Assembly (NCBI GenBank): GCA_951406725.2
Contig: OX597837.1
Location: forward strand, 14,818,001-14,882,000
DNA: 64,000 nt
DNA from: Octopus vulgaris
Lineage: Eukaryota
Direction: 5' to 3'
The translations under genes were made by a program, and so were the position numbers. The notes under the pieces were generated by a model, which was not told the DNA's origin, searched no databases, and saw only the letters and a list, made by a program, of their open reading frames with translations. Positions 38,260 through 52,055 of the stretch are shown piece by piece (position 1 is the first letter of the stretch; each line of letters begins with the position of its first letter).

Positions 38260-39032
38260 TATATATATATATATATATTACTTGTTCCAATGATTTCACT
38301 GTGGCCATGCTGGGGCTCTGCCTTGAAGGGTTTTAGTCAAAGAAATCAATCCCAGGACTTTTTTTTTTTCTTTAAGCCTGGTACAAGTTCTATCATTCTC
38401 TTTTTGCTGAACTGCTCAGTTACAGGGACATAAACACAGAAACACCAGTGTGCCATGCAGTAGAGGGGGACAAACATAGTCACAAACACACACACACACA
38501 CATATATATATGGCAGGCTTCGTTTAGTTTCCATCTACCAAATCCACTCACAAAGCTTTGATTGGCCCAGGGATATAGTAGAAGATACTTGCCCATGAAA
38601 CAGCAATATGAATCAATGACTAAAATTTCCATTTGCCCAGCAGGCATGGGAAACAACTTTGGACAAGTTTCAGTGTTATTCTGGCCTCATAAATGAAATG
38701 TAACCTACACTAGTTAAAACGGTGATGATAGTGTCACTAAATAAATGTATGGATTAATAGAAAAAAATATAATTGATTAAAGAATTAATCATTTGGAAAT
38801 GTCATCTGCATAAAAAATTGTATTAACACTTAGTGAAAGAACCATTAAATATTATTAACATTGTTTTAATGGTCACTTTTCCATGTTTGTATGGGTCAGG
38901 CGAAATTTGTGGAGGCAGATTTATTTACACTGGAGATTGACTATGAAGAACATTATTTAAAAGGCATTGATACAACCATCACATGATGTCAAGATCTTAA
39001 TACATGCGCTCACACACACACACACATGTATG

Positions 39033-39063
<31 letters not shown>

Positions 39064-40057
39064 ACACATATATATATGTACACAAGTGACAGGCTTCTTT
39101 TCATTTCCATTTACCAAATGCAGTCACCGGACATGTTTTGTTTGGACTGTAGCAGAAGATACTTGTTCAAGACACCACACAAGTCAAACTGAACTGAAAA
39201 CCATGTGGTTGGGAAGTGACCTTCTTAACCACCCAGCCATTGCCTGTGCTTCTAAATAGCTCCCCAGAAGTAAATATGTGGTGAGAAAGCAAAGATGAGT
39301 TGATGTTTAAAATGAGGTCAGAATAAGACTGAAATAGGGTCTGTATTTGATGGGAAAAAAAGTAAAAACAATTTAAGTCAATAGCTTTTTGGGAACATCT
39401 GTTATATTCACTGTCTGGCCGTGATGATGATGATGATGTTGATATGAATTTCTTTGTGTCCAAAGTTCATCAAGACGATGGACATACCCTCCACTGGCTA
39501 CGTAAACCGATCCTGACATTGCAGAGCTGCTTCTTCTTCTTGCTGGCGCTTCATAGCTTTAAAGCAAGAATCAGTTGATGCAATCCAATCTTTAGATTTG
39601 GAGATCTGACCCACAATGGTTCAGCGGGTCAAGGTGGATGTGGTGACCAGCAAGCTGCAGGTTTTACACTGGACAGGCCTTCTACTAGGGGAATTGCCCT
39701 ATGGGACTGGAGAACTCCACCCTACCCTGGAGTTACCAGAAAGGTGTCAAAGAAGGCACCAGACCACCTGACAGATTCCACTCCTTGATTCACTGTCAAC
39801 ACTGAGCCCCACCCCAGCCCTGTTCCTTTCCCAGGGCACTCACAAGGTAGTGAGGGTTTGTGCTTGAGGTCTCTTCCATAAACATGCTAATTGAGCCCTA
39901 ACTGGGACCCTGACAGGTGCTACTACCCTGCATCAGGGTAGACCAGGGAACAGTTGTGTTCTCAAAACCCCTAGAACTCCTGAACCAGGGCCCCACTACC
40001 AGGTCCTGTTGACCTTTCAGCATTCAGATCACTCTGTCATTGAACTTATTTATTTAC

Positions 40058-40085
40058 ATTCATCACCACCATCATCATCATCACC

Positions 40086-40117
<32 letters not shown>

Positions 40118-40210
40118 CATCATCACCACCATCATCATCATCACCCTCATCATCATCACCATCATCATCATCACCATCATCACCATCATCATCACCATCA
40201 TCATTTATCA
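40058..40210. repeat. (CAT/CAC)n trinucleotide tract adjoining an RTE-tail repeat
   Basis: Seen directly. Other long TA/TG/CA low-complexity tracts at ~9860-10230, 30225-30670, 48820-49060, 50600-51045, 58225-58560, 60315-61070. Confidence 0.95.
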
Positions 40211-40569
40211 TCCATTTGCTATGCTGGCATGGGTTGGATGGTTTAATAGGAGCTGGCAAGTAGGCGGGGTCTGTACCAGACTCCATTATCTGTTTTGGCA
40301 TGGTTTCTATGGTTGGATGCCCTTCCTGATGCCAACCACTTCACAGACACAGGTGTTCATTACGTGACACCAGCATGGATGCTTTTTATGCGGAACCGAC
40401 ACGTTGTTTTGAATTAATCATGGATTATCTTGTAGCTTTGAGATTTTGATAATGTGATTATTTCCAAAATGACATTGTAGGGTAGGTGTGAGAGGTCAGC
40501 TCTGACCAGTTTGAACATAAAACATGTGGAGTATTTAGGCTGGGTAGGGTCAGTTTAAATGCTAAAGGG

Positions 40570-40680
40570 TTGAAGGCATATTCAGGACACCCTGGTGTGA
40601 GAGTAATGCAAGCACACATCTATCAATTTCATGGCTGGCCAAGTCTGCCGTCAGAGTGTAAGGCACTGATAAAACCACTG
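40570..40680 (+). mobile_element. Gypsy-like integrase zinc-binding (H2C2) remnant
   Basis: LKAYSGHPGVRVMQAHIYQFHGWPSLPSECKALI resembles H-x-GHPG...WP.L; the CxxC half is missing. Confidence 0.45.
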
Positions 40681-41144
40681 TTCATCATCACTGTTTGAAT
40701 CAATCTCTGGTGTACCTGATTCGTTAACAGCAGTAGCAGTTTCTATGGTAACAGCAAGAAGCTGCAATGGTGTGTGTCATCATTTCTTGAATCAATCAAC
40801 AAGTTTGTTATCTGGTTCAGATAAACTGGCACCAACAGCTGAACCTATGACATCACTCTTCTGATGAATCACTTGACTCACCAATGCTTGATAGATTCTT
40901 CACCCTTTTGCTCTCTCATTCGTATTGAAAGCGCAGGCATGGCTGTTTTGGTTGAGAAGTTGGCTTCCCAACCACACGGGTTTGGGTTCAGTCCCACTGT
41001 GTGGCACCTTAGATAAGTGTTTTCTGCTAGAGATCAAAGCTTTTCAAGTGGATTTGGTTGATGGAAACTGGAAGAAGTCTGTTGTGTGTATGTCTGTGCA
41101 TGTTTTTGTGTGTATATATTTATATGTCTGTATATGTGTTAGCA

Positions 41145-41177
<33 letters not shown>

Positions 41178-43119
41178 AAAACATTACTTTATATAATTAG
41201 GGTTCAGCAAAAAAATTTGCTTTACCACATACCGAACTTTTAGAAATAGCAGCCAAAGAATTTAGCTATTTCCTCTATTATAAGAAGAGTCTCCCAGAAA
41301 ATGTATACTCAAAAACAATTCACGTAGGCATAGAGGGGAAAATAACGAAAGTTCACTCGAAATTAGATTATATATATATATATATATATCATTATCATCA
41401 TTGTCGTTTAATGTCCGCTTTCCATGCTGGAATGGGTTGGACGGTTTGACTGAGGACTGGCATCATTGAAATCTTGAAGCCAGGAAACAGTTCATGAGTT
41501 GATGTTTTAAAAACTGGATAATTAAGTATTACATTTGATAAATTAATCTGAATGCTAAAGGGTTAAACTAGAAGTTTATATCGTAGGACCAAAGGTAGTT
41601 TAAGGTGGGTTCGTATGAAAAGGGGCCAATGAACTTCACTGTTAAGAAAGATTGTAGGGGAGCTCCCTAAGTAGACTTGTTGGCTGTGGTTGTCAGGATT
41701 GCAGTCGAAGCTGTGGGTGTGAGAGAACCTGTTGACACAGCTCAATAATGCAGCACCCGGTCATTGTGTCCGGGTCAATACATCGACATTACCAGGTAGT
41801 CGAGGTGTTTCTGACATTCTGGCAGTTGCCATGGAAGTAGTGTTTGTTACCATGGCAATCATTACAGCCATGCACAGTAAGTAGACTTGTAGCTCTGAAG
41901 TTTTGAGACATAGCAACGAAGGGCCTACCAACCATGGAATTATTTACCAAGACGTAAACAGCACAACAGATAACAGACAGATTAGGAAAATCAATTCAAT
42001 TCACAGCTTTTGACTAATGACCCAGACACTCCAATACCAAACTGCAGGCAGCGACCGGTGCATAGTAAAGTAAGAGCTGAGCTCACACAAGAACTACCAT
42101 TGTAATAACCTGGACAGCTTTTACTAATTGCTCAGATACCTGGCCTTTACAAACTGACAGGTTTTTTTCTAATGGTGGACGCTGGTGGCAGTGAGGGAGC
42201 CTCTATGTGGTCGTTCTACCTGCTAGAAATAGTAGTCAAATCTTCTTCGAATCTCACCCTTTTGCCCTTTACTGTTGTAGAAAATAAAATATATATATAT
42301 ATATATATATATGTTTACACATGTTTGTGTCTCCTTGGCTTGACATCATGTGAACATTCATCCACAGGAAATCTGCCTAAATAACCTCTCTGACTCATAC
42401 AAGCACGGAAAAGTAGATGTTAAAACAATGATTTTTACATGTACGCTTTCTCCCCGCCACTCTACAAACACTAAATACAGACATACTCAGCTCACAGATA
42501 TTCACTTCTATGTCTCTTCCCCCCCCCCCCATACGCATTTTTATGATACCCCTGTCACATACATCTTTCCTCTGTGTCTTATTTTCTTGATGTCAAAAAT
42601 CCCCAGGGTCTCCTGTCCTCAGTACATTTTGTCACGATTCACATTAACTTGTCACATAAAAATAACGGATGTTTAAAAACTGTTAAAAGCTGTTCTTAAA
42701 ACTATTAACCAACATATGTTTGGAATCATCATCATCATTATCATCATTTAACATCCGTTGTCCATGCTGGCATGGGTTGGACGGTTTGACCAGGGCTGGC
42801 AAGGCTGGAAGGCTGCACCAGGCTCCAGTCTGATTCGGCATGGTTTTCCACAGCTGGATGCCCTTCCTAATGCCAACCACTCTGAGAGTGTAATTGGTGC
42901 TTTTATGTGCCACCAGCAAGGGTGTCAATTTGCATGGCACCAATATCTGCCACGATTGCGACTTTCCTCAGCTTAATGGTTCTTCTTCTCAAGCATGACA
43001 TAATTCCAAAGATCTCGGCCATTGCCTCTGTGAGGCCCAACATATGAAAAAATATGAAGTTTTGATGAAAGGCAGGTTGATATTAGAAGGGTTAATGAGT
43101 TTCACTGTTAATTAGAAGT

Positions 43120-43312
43120 TCTACTCTTCTCCTCTGGAAGCCATCTACTCACGATACCAGAGGGAACACACTCTCCTACCCTGATGTAATCTCTAGGGAT
43201 ACAGGCATCCAGCGACAGGACCGCCGTAATGCTATGATGGACCGTGAGGTCTGGCATAGCATAATAAATTCCATTGTCTCAACCACGGTTGAACAACAAT
43301 GATGATGATGAT
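43120..43312 (+). mobile_element. RTE/RTEX-like 3' end with (ATG)n tail
   Basis: LLLWKPS...LSYPDVISRDTG...AMMDREVW...* followed by gatgatgat. Confidence 0.7.
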
Positions 43313-43573
43313 CCTGACACATTTTTGTTTCTTTGGGTCAGAATTCATAATTTCCCACAGTCTAATATTGTTTTTCCCTCACCCCCAGATTTCTGCCTGG
43401 TTTCTGTAAGATTCTCTATATTAAATCTGTTACCATTAACTTACCTACCAATCCATTGGTCAGCCTATTTGTCTGTTTCACCCACATAAACATTTCTTGT
43501 TTAACACATAAAGCATGACAGGCCACGATCCCAGAACCCGGAACCATGTGGTTGGTTAGCAAACTACTTACCA

Positions 43574-43853
43574 TAGAGGCACATGGCCTAGTGGTTACAG
43601 CAGCGGATTTGTGGTTGTAGGGATCACGGGTTTGAATCTCAAAACACCTAAGCTCCACGAGGCTCCGGCAGAAGGTAATGGTGAAACTTCTGTTGACTCT
43701 TTTGCCACAACTTTCTCTCACTCTTTCCTCCTGCATCTTGCAGCTCACCTGCGACGGACAAGCGTCCCATCCAGGTGGGGAACCTATACGCCAAGGAAAC
43801 CGGAAAACCGGCCCTTATGAGCCAGGCATGGCTCGAGAAGGAACAACAAAACA
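43574..43853 (+). mobile_element. tRNA-SINE with a V-domain-like segment, nested in a family B SINE, 13-bp TSD
   Basis: TSD aaactacttacca at 43561-43573 and 43854-43866; internal cctgcgacggac...cgtcccatccagg. Confidence 0.8.
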
Positions 43854-44899
43854 AAACTACTTACCACACAGCCACTCCTGCACCTATATATATATATATA
43901 TATTTCTAGTTTAATGTTCTTTATATTAAATATGCTAGCACTAATATCCCTATCTGTTTTACCACAAATATTTTTTAAAAAACCCAGTTTTAGTGTTAAT
44001 GCTCTCTACATTAAATATATTCTGACCCACTTAACTATTGTTTTTTGACCAGGCAGATGGTGTGATGGTTTCTTGGTTATCTGTTCTTCTATCAATCTGC
44101 CTAGGAACCTATCTACTCACGTACACTGATGATAGAATCTCTGATAAGACAGGCTTTTTTTTATTAAGTGTGTCAATAGGGCCTTCAAGGTATATTTTTA
44201 GAAGGACTTTCAGAATCTGGTACACCAACTGACGAAGAAACCAACCAACCACCCACAGCCTTCATCTAATTATCTTTGCTACTAACCACAAATCAGTCAC
44301 ATGACAACCACTATCTGTACACATACCACCTCTGCCGCCACCACCACCACCACCACCATCGCTGTCATCACCACCATTACCATCATCACATCCATTGTCC
44401 CCATCAGTCACCAATCACCACCATCTGTACATCATAATGACTTATGCTTTATTGGATGTATCTGGAGTAAGAGGCTGTGGCCTTGGTCCTTTGCAGGTTC
44501 TCGGAGGCTGGTGAAATCGCTATGGTTCATGTGCTGAGAGGAATTTTCCAAAAGGATTTCCTGATTATCTCAGTGGGAAGGACTAGGGGTGATGGTGGGT
44601 GCAGAACCTGGGAAGGTGGACATCAACATGTGGGATGAGAAGAGAAATTAATGGAGATGGTTTCAGATCAACCACCACCTCCACCATTGTCATGACAGTT
44701 GCCATCACCATACTACTACTACTACCACCATCATTACCATCACTGCCACCACCATCATCATCACCATCAGCCGTTCAAGAATTTGGACTTGGAGATCTCC
44801 ATTTCCAGCGACTTCAAGGGCCACCTCCCAGTGGTGTCGGGCGTCGATGAAGAGCCCTCGACTACAACAAGATGACCAAAGTTTTTTTTTCCTCCAAGG

Positions 44900-45305
44900 A
44901 TCAGAATCGAAATCGATCAATGGAAATCGATCAATGGAAATTGCAGATGTGTTACCAGTGCCGGTGGCATGTAAGAGAACTTTCCGTTTCGCGACCGTTG
45001 CCAGCACCGCCCCGTTTCGTGTCCGTTGCCAGCCTCGCCTGGCCCTCGTGCCGGTGGCACATAAAAAGCACCATCCGTTCGTGGCCGTTTGCCAGCTCTG
45101 TCTGGCACCAGTGCGGGTGGCACGTAAAAAGCACCCACTACACTCACGGAGTGGTTGGCGTTAGGAAGGGCATCCAGCCGTAGAAACACTGCCAGATTTG
45201 ACTGGGCCTGATGAAGCCTTCTGGCTTCACAGACCCCAGTAGAACCGTCCAACCCATGCTAGCATGGAAAACGGACGCTAAACGATGATGATGATGATGA
45301 TGATG
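44900..45305 (+). mobile_element. RTE 3'-UTR-derived short repeat with (GAT)n tail; representative copy
   Basis: Shares the terminal ~170 bp with the RTE at 34730. Similar copies at ~2685-2830, 6010-6110, 14068-14205, 15395-15700, 16545-16845, 29845-30090, 33115-33315, 40200-40400, 42725-42920, 53255-53445, 62130-62560, 63875-64000. Confidence 0.85.
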
Positions 45306-45659
45306 TGTGTGGTCTCCCGCCCCTAAGCCCTAGACCATCACCTTTACCTGTCTTGTTGCTTAACAACAACAACATTCACCACCATCATTATTATCATCAT
45401 CGCCATGCCGCCATCACTGGCACTGCCACCATTGCTGTCATTGTTGTTGCCATCGCTGTCATCGCCACCATCACATCCATTGTCCCCATCAGTCATCAAT
45501 CACCATCATCCTTGCCTCCAGCATCCGTCAGCTTGCAAGGAAGGTTTTACCTTAATCACTCAACTTGTAAGAAATTGCAACTGAACTTTCCTCAAACACC
45601 ACCTCACCGTCTTCAGAAATGGTCAAATATACAGAATTAACCGATGCTCAATATAATAG

Positions 45660-46140
45660 CAGACATGAAGACAACTCTTAGCATGAAAAAATGTTTCCGA
45701 AAGTCATGGAAGGAGCTGTGCTGTTTTCTGACTTTGTAAACATGTCCACGGGTGTTAGACAGGTGGAGTTTGAAAAGGTGCTCAGAGTTATTGTTTGTAA
45801 GATGGTTAATAATTTTATGGGTGTCTGCTAAGTCAGCTGCCAGATGTCGGAGTTTCAGTGTATCCATTCCCAGGGAAGTAAGGCATTTAGAATATGGCAA
45901 ATGCCTGATTGAGGGTATTCTCTTGGTTGCACATTGCTGAACAGTTTCCAGACGATTGATATCCTGGGCAAGATAGGGGTTCCAGACTGGTGATGCAAAT
46001 TCCAGGTGAGGCCGCACCATAGCTGTATAAAGTTTCAGATAGGATAGCTAGAGAGCGGCTCACAAAGGACTTGGTAAGTGATGCCAAGACACCCTCAGCC
46101 TTCTTGGCAATTTTAGCAATGTGTTTTCTCCAAGACATGT
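45660..46140 (-). mobile_element. CR1-group LINE RT C-terminal fragment
   Basis: MVRPHLEFASPVWNPY...RLETVQ...IRHLPYS...TRGH...FRKHFFMLRV. Confidence 0.88.
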
Positions 46141-47159
46141 GTGAGGTTTCAAATTATTTTTATTTTTGAGCTTTGCATTTCAATTTTAATTAGTTTGTGT
46201 CAACTTTTAAAATCCCTTTTTAATTCATAATTACCAGTAAAACATTAACTTCAAAATAGGCCCCAAACCACTCAAGGCTTTTAAACATAAATTAAGTTTC
46301 ATACTTAATGTTCCGTGCCCCCCAACATGGTGCTGGAGATTTGACTAATCTCTTTAAAATCACATTAGGCAAAAAGTCAAGAAAGGAAACTTTATACTTT
46401 GGTAATTCATGTTTTCTCTAAAAAGCTTATCACAGCTTTTATCCCGTACAGATAACCCACATGTATACACACTCGCGTATGCACGTGCACATACACACAA
46501 CCATTATGTAAAACATCGTATAGCATGTAAATAAACTAATTAATTAATTAATTAACATCCAAATGGAGAAATCTCTTTGCAGTCACACAAGCCAAGCCAA
46601 CTGGGAACCTCTGCATGGTTGCTCAGTTTGCTAGAAATAGCAACCGAAACTCTTTCAGTTTGCACCCTGATGTTCTGAATAAAGATGTCTTGGACAATGT
46701 AATTTCTGATACATATGAAAGATGAGATGGTCATGGCAGGAATGCCATTGATCATAGGTCTGCTGAAATAGGAATTACTTGGTTGGTGAGGGAGGAATGG
46801 CTAAACAACAGCATAAATTAATTTTATATAAGAAAATATTTCGGGCCTCACTGTAAAGTAATTTTGTGGTTATGTACCCCTGCCCCCCACTCCACCCATC
46901 ATGTGACAAAAAGACACAGGCCTGGCAACAGAAAATGGTTTTCTCATGAAAGAAAACTGAATCATATATATGTCAGATGGGAAGAAATCTCAAAAGAGAG
47001 GCTGCGTAAGAAGCTGGCCTCCAGCACAAGAACAGGAGATTAACCTCATCGTCATTTCAAGGATGCTTTCAATAGAAACAAGAAGTGACTTAATATGAAG
47101 GTCAAGTGTTTTGAGGGCATTGCATGCAACCATTCTAACTGCAGCCAGGAACTACTTAT

Positions 47160-47590
47160 TTACTGAAGCCCTTTACTCTCTGTGGTACGTAGGCCATTGA
47201 TGACTTTTCTCCACTCTTTTTGACCCTGAGCTGTCGTTTCTGCCCCCCTGCAGTTGGATCCCTGCTTTTTCACCTCTGCCTCAAGCCATTTTTGGAGTGT
47301 CTGTTGTTCAGCCTCTCTTGTGAGTTCATGTTTCCTCAACGAAGGGCCTTCCTCCTTCAAGTTTTGATGGTTTTGAATTGTCATTAATGCTTCTGTAATC
47401 TTGATTTTTGTTCTAGATAGGAGCATTGGCCCTCCACAAAACCTGTTTTTACCCTCAGAAAGAGGTGGTCCATGTTAGTCTGGTTTCTATCCTTTGATCT
47501 GTCCAGCATGGAAATCCCTACTTGGAGCTTGCAGTCTGGTGACATAGCTCTAAGGGTCATTGAGGCATCCAATCCACCACATCACAAGGA
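47160..47590 (-). mobile_element. Bipartite non-autonomous RTE derivative (5' UTR fused to 3' end); second copy at ~56910-57880
   Basis: Minus strand starts ccttgtgatgtggtgg...gcctcaatgacccttagagctatg (RTE-like 5' end) and ends in EWRKVINGL-like codons; both parts match the 56.9-57.9 kb copy. Confidence 0.6.
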
Positions 47591-48844
47591 CTGAGCCTTT
47601 TGAGAGGAATTTAAAGGCAGAAGCTGAGGTTTGTTGCTGAGGAAATCTAAGAGAACACCACCAAGGCTGGAATCGGACAACAAACTGTGGTTATACTGGG
47701 ACAATGCTGTGGCCATACTGAAATCCCCAACAAAAATATAAAGAAATCTTCTGGCATTAAGGTGGTGCTCCAGCATGGCAGCAGTCAAGTGAAAGAAACA
47801 AATAAAAGAAATTTTAAAAAGAAGTCTATTGAAGGATTTAGTCAAACAAATGAACGTCAGGACTTATTTTTGAGTGTGGCAGTTTATTGGTCTCATTTGC
47901 TGAACCACTATGTTACGAAGACATAAACAAAATAACAATCAAATAATGGTAGCACACACACACACATGTGCATGCATGGGCTTCTTTCAGTTTCCATCTA
48001 CTGAGTCTGCTTAAAAGGCTTTGGTCAGCCTGGAGCTAAAGTAAAAAACATTTGCCCAAAATGCCATGCAGTGGGATTGAACCAGGGACCACAGGGTTCA
48101 GAAGCAGACTTCTTAACTACACAGCTGTGCACACATCTAGGACATTAATATGCTTTTTCAATGTAAAGCCCCTACTGGAGCTTTGCCATGGAATGAGCTG
48201 TTGGCTTTTTTTATCTAAGAGCCAATGAATTATATCTTCAAAAAAATCCTGAATTCACTCAGAAAATACAAAACAAACATCAAAGAGACCTCTATGTGGT
48301 CATTTGGTTTGCTGGAAATAGTAACCAAATCTCTTACAATCTTAGCAAAAAAAAAAAAAAGAGGTCATATTAGATGTTGCAGTCCTATAAATCCTTATAT
48401 CCTTAAAAGGGCGTGATGGTTGTTAATTGGAATGTCTCTGATCATAGATCTCAGCTGTGGCTGACCCTGGGCTAAATAATACCAGGGTAGACGTTGATAG
48501 AAATGGTAACTGATACAATTTCTACTGTAATTGTTTGGAAGCAGTCCCCTCACCTAACTGCACCCCACCCCACACTCACACACCTTTATCTTCTTAAAGC
48601 TGAGGTATCTTGGTTGAAACATCAAATCTATTTTAACACAGTCCAATACACACACACCATCGCCATCACCATCACCACCATCATCACCACCATCATCATC
48701 ATCATTGTCATAATCACTAGACATTAAATGATGATAGTTATGGTATGGGTGTGTGTGTGTTTTAAATAGGTTAGTTTGATGTTGCAACTAATACATTTCA
48801 GCTTTGCAAAGATAAAGATGTATGTGTGTGTACATGTATGTATA

Positions 48845-48877
<33 letters not shown>

Positions 48878-49006
48878 AGAGATTAGTTTGAACCAATGTC
48901 TCAATTCTGTACAATCTGTGTGTGTGTGTACATTAGTGCATATGTTAGTATGTGTTTGTGTATATATGTGTGTGTATTTGTGTATGTATATGTTTGTGTG
49001 TATATG

Positions 49007-49042
<36 letters not shown>

Positions 49043-51654
49043 TATGTATATATGTATATTATCCTTTTGTCAGAAGCAAAGACTACGCCCATGACCCATT
49101 ACGGGGCCTCTAAGAACAGAGGGTGGGAGTGGGGGAGGATGCTGTCTTCTACCCTTAAACCTGACACAAATACTTGCAACAAAGTGGACTCTACTGAAGG
49201 CATCTATGGTGCCTGGTGGTGATGTTAAACCAGCCACCAAGTGAAGACCCAGATCAGAGAGAGTTGGTAAAAACACATACTGTAAGACAATCCCGTTTGG
49301 CATTTTTACGCTTCCGTCTGTTCTCTCTGGATTGATATTTTTGTCTTCTCACCCTTAAAGCCTTTAGCATTCAAATTATTCTGTTAAATACTTATTCACA
49401 TTGTTTTGAGTTGTGCATTTCTTGTGGTTTTGGGATCTTGTTGATGTTCATTTTGAGAATGGCATTGTAGGGTAGGTGTGAGAGGCCAGACTTGACTGGT
49501 TTGAACATAAAACAGATAGAATATTTGGGCCAGTTTAAATGTTATGTGGTTAAAGGCAAAGCTGACCTCAGCAGGAATTGAACCTGGAGTGCAGAGATTT
49601 GGAACAAATATTCTGAAGCCTCCTGTCCAACATCATCATCATCATTTAAGGTCCATATTCCATGCTGGTGTGGGTTGGGTTGCTTGATAGGATGTGGTGA
49701 GCCAGAGGACCAGGCCAAGCTCCAACACCTATTTTGACATCGTTGTGAAGGAGCGTGGCCTCATGGTTAGGGTATTTGGTTCACAGCCATGAGATTGTGT
49801 GTTCAATTCCTGGTGGTATGTTGTGTCCTTGAGCAAGACACTTTATTCCACGTTGCTCTGCTCCACTCAACTGGTAAAAGTGAGTCATACCTGTAATTCA
49901 AAGGGGGCCGGCCTTGTCACACTGAGTCTCCCTGAGAACCACATTAAGGACGTGCATGTCTGTGGAATACTCAGCCACTTGCATGTTAATTTCATGAGCA
50001 GGCTGTCCCGTTGATTGAATCCACTTGAACCATCATCATAACTGACGGAGTGCCATACTTTGGTGTGGTTGCCACTGTTGGATGTCCTTGCCACTGTTGG
50101 ATGTCCTTCCTAACACCAACCACTTTCACAGAATGTACCCGGGGGGGTGGGGTTGCTTTCTTTGTGGCAGCTGTGCCAGTGAGGGTGTCACATAACACCC
50201 AAGACTAAATACAACCTTTACCCCCTTGACTGGGTGGGAGAAAAGCAGAGAGGGAGAGGTTAAAATAGAAATGAAGGGGCAGAAACTGGATTTTTTGCTG
50301 TTTAGGGGGGTATATGGCTATCTCACATGACATAGGAATGGGTGCGAGGGGGGGGATCAGGGTGGAGCTGGAAAGAGGGATAAAGGGGTGATGACAAGGT
50401 GGATGGAAGACAGGGGTGGGGGGCGGGGTTTGCAAGAGGGGGTGGAGAGATGCTGGTAGATGTGGATATGATGAAAGGTGAACATGGGGGTAGGGTGGTC
50501 GATGATAAATGTGAGTTGTAGAGAAGTAGATAAGTCTGGGTAGAGAGAGATTAGTTTGGTGTTTCAGCTAATCTATCTCAGCTAGGTAAACATAAAGGTG
50601 TGCGTGTGGGTGGGTGTTTATAAATGTATATATATATATATACACACACACACATTGGTACATGTGTTTATATGTATGTGTTTATATGTATGTATCTATG
50701 TATGTATTTATATGTATGTATATATATATGTATATATATATGTATATATGTATGTATATGTGTATATATATGTATGTATATGTGTATATATATGTATGTA
50801 TATGTGTATATATATGTATGTATATGTGTATATATATGTATGTATATGTGTATTTATATATGTATGTATATGTGTATTTATATATGTATGTATATGTGTA
50901 TTTATATATGTATGTATATGTGTATATATATATATGTATGTATATGTGTATATGTATATGTGTATGTATATGTGTATATATGTATATATATGTATAAACA
51001 TACATGTGTAATACACACACATACATGTATGTATGTATAGATATGTAATAAAAAATGGTCAGGCAGTTGTGAAAGGCATCATACCATTTATAAAATCGTT
51101 ATACGGAAGTGAGTATAAATATAATTAAGCAGGAAATGAGGAAAGCAAGAGTTCATTGTGGTGCTTCGTAGACAGGTTGATATCCTGAAAGTTCACACTT
51201 GAATATCGTAGATAAAATCGAGGAGGATCTGGCTACTGCTTCGTAGTAGTTCTTTGTAAGTTGGTAGACATCTGGAGAGAGACATTCTTATGATGGACTG
51301 AGTTTATTTTCACAGAGGGGCTAAACAAGGACAGACAAACGGATTAAGTCGATTATATCGACCCCAGTGCAAAACTGGTACTTTATTTATCGACCCCGAA
51401 AGGATGAAAGGCAAAGTCGACCTCAGCGGAATTTGAACTCAGAACATAGCAGCAGACGAAATACCGCAAGCATTTTGCCTGGCGTGCTAACGTTTCTGCC
51501 AGCTCACCGCCTTGCGAAAACATTACCTTGCTTTGAAAAAGACAAGGGTTGGCAACAGGAAGGGCACCCAGCTGTAGAGAATCGACCTCAATAAAACTTC
51601 ATCCAACTCCTGCATGTATAGAAAAGCAGATGTTAAACGGTGATACGCATACAT

Positions 51655-52055
51655 AGGTGCAGGAGTGGCTGTGTGGTAAGTAGCTTGTTTACCAACCACA
51701 CAGTTCCGGGTTCAGTCCCACTGCGTGGCATCTTGGGCTAGTGTCTTCTGCTATAGCCTCAGGCTGACCAAAGCCTTGTGAGTAGATTTGGTAGACAGAA
51801 ACTGAAAGAAGCCCGTCGTATATATATGTATATATATATGTGTGTATTTATGTGTCTGTGTTTGTCTCCCCAACATCACTTGACAACCGATGCTGGTGTG
51901 TTTACGTCCCCGTTACTTAGCAGTTCGGCAAAAGAGACCGATAGGATAAGTACTAGGCTTACAAAGAATAAGTCCTGGGGTCGATTTGCTCGACTAAAAG
52001 GCAGTGCTCCAGCATGGCCGCAGTCAAATGACTGAAACAAGTAAAAGAGAAAAGA
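51655..52055 (+). mobile_element. tRNA-derived SINE family B (CORE-like, internal TA/TG tract); representative full copy
   Basis: gtggctgtgtggtaag...gggttcagtccc...ttggg(c)aagtgtctt...aaatgactgaaacaagtaaaaga. Other copies at ~6640-7020, 7085-7260(-), 11815-12190(-), 18220-18530, 26270-26600, 33450-33845, 38280-38600(-), 54838-55205, 59130-59455(-), 61360-62140(-), 63275-63720. Confidence 0.9.

Noticed and set aside
40009-40301. Poly-His/Ser/Asp ORFs
   Set aside because: Translation of a CAT/CAC microsatellite.
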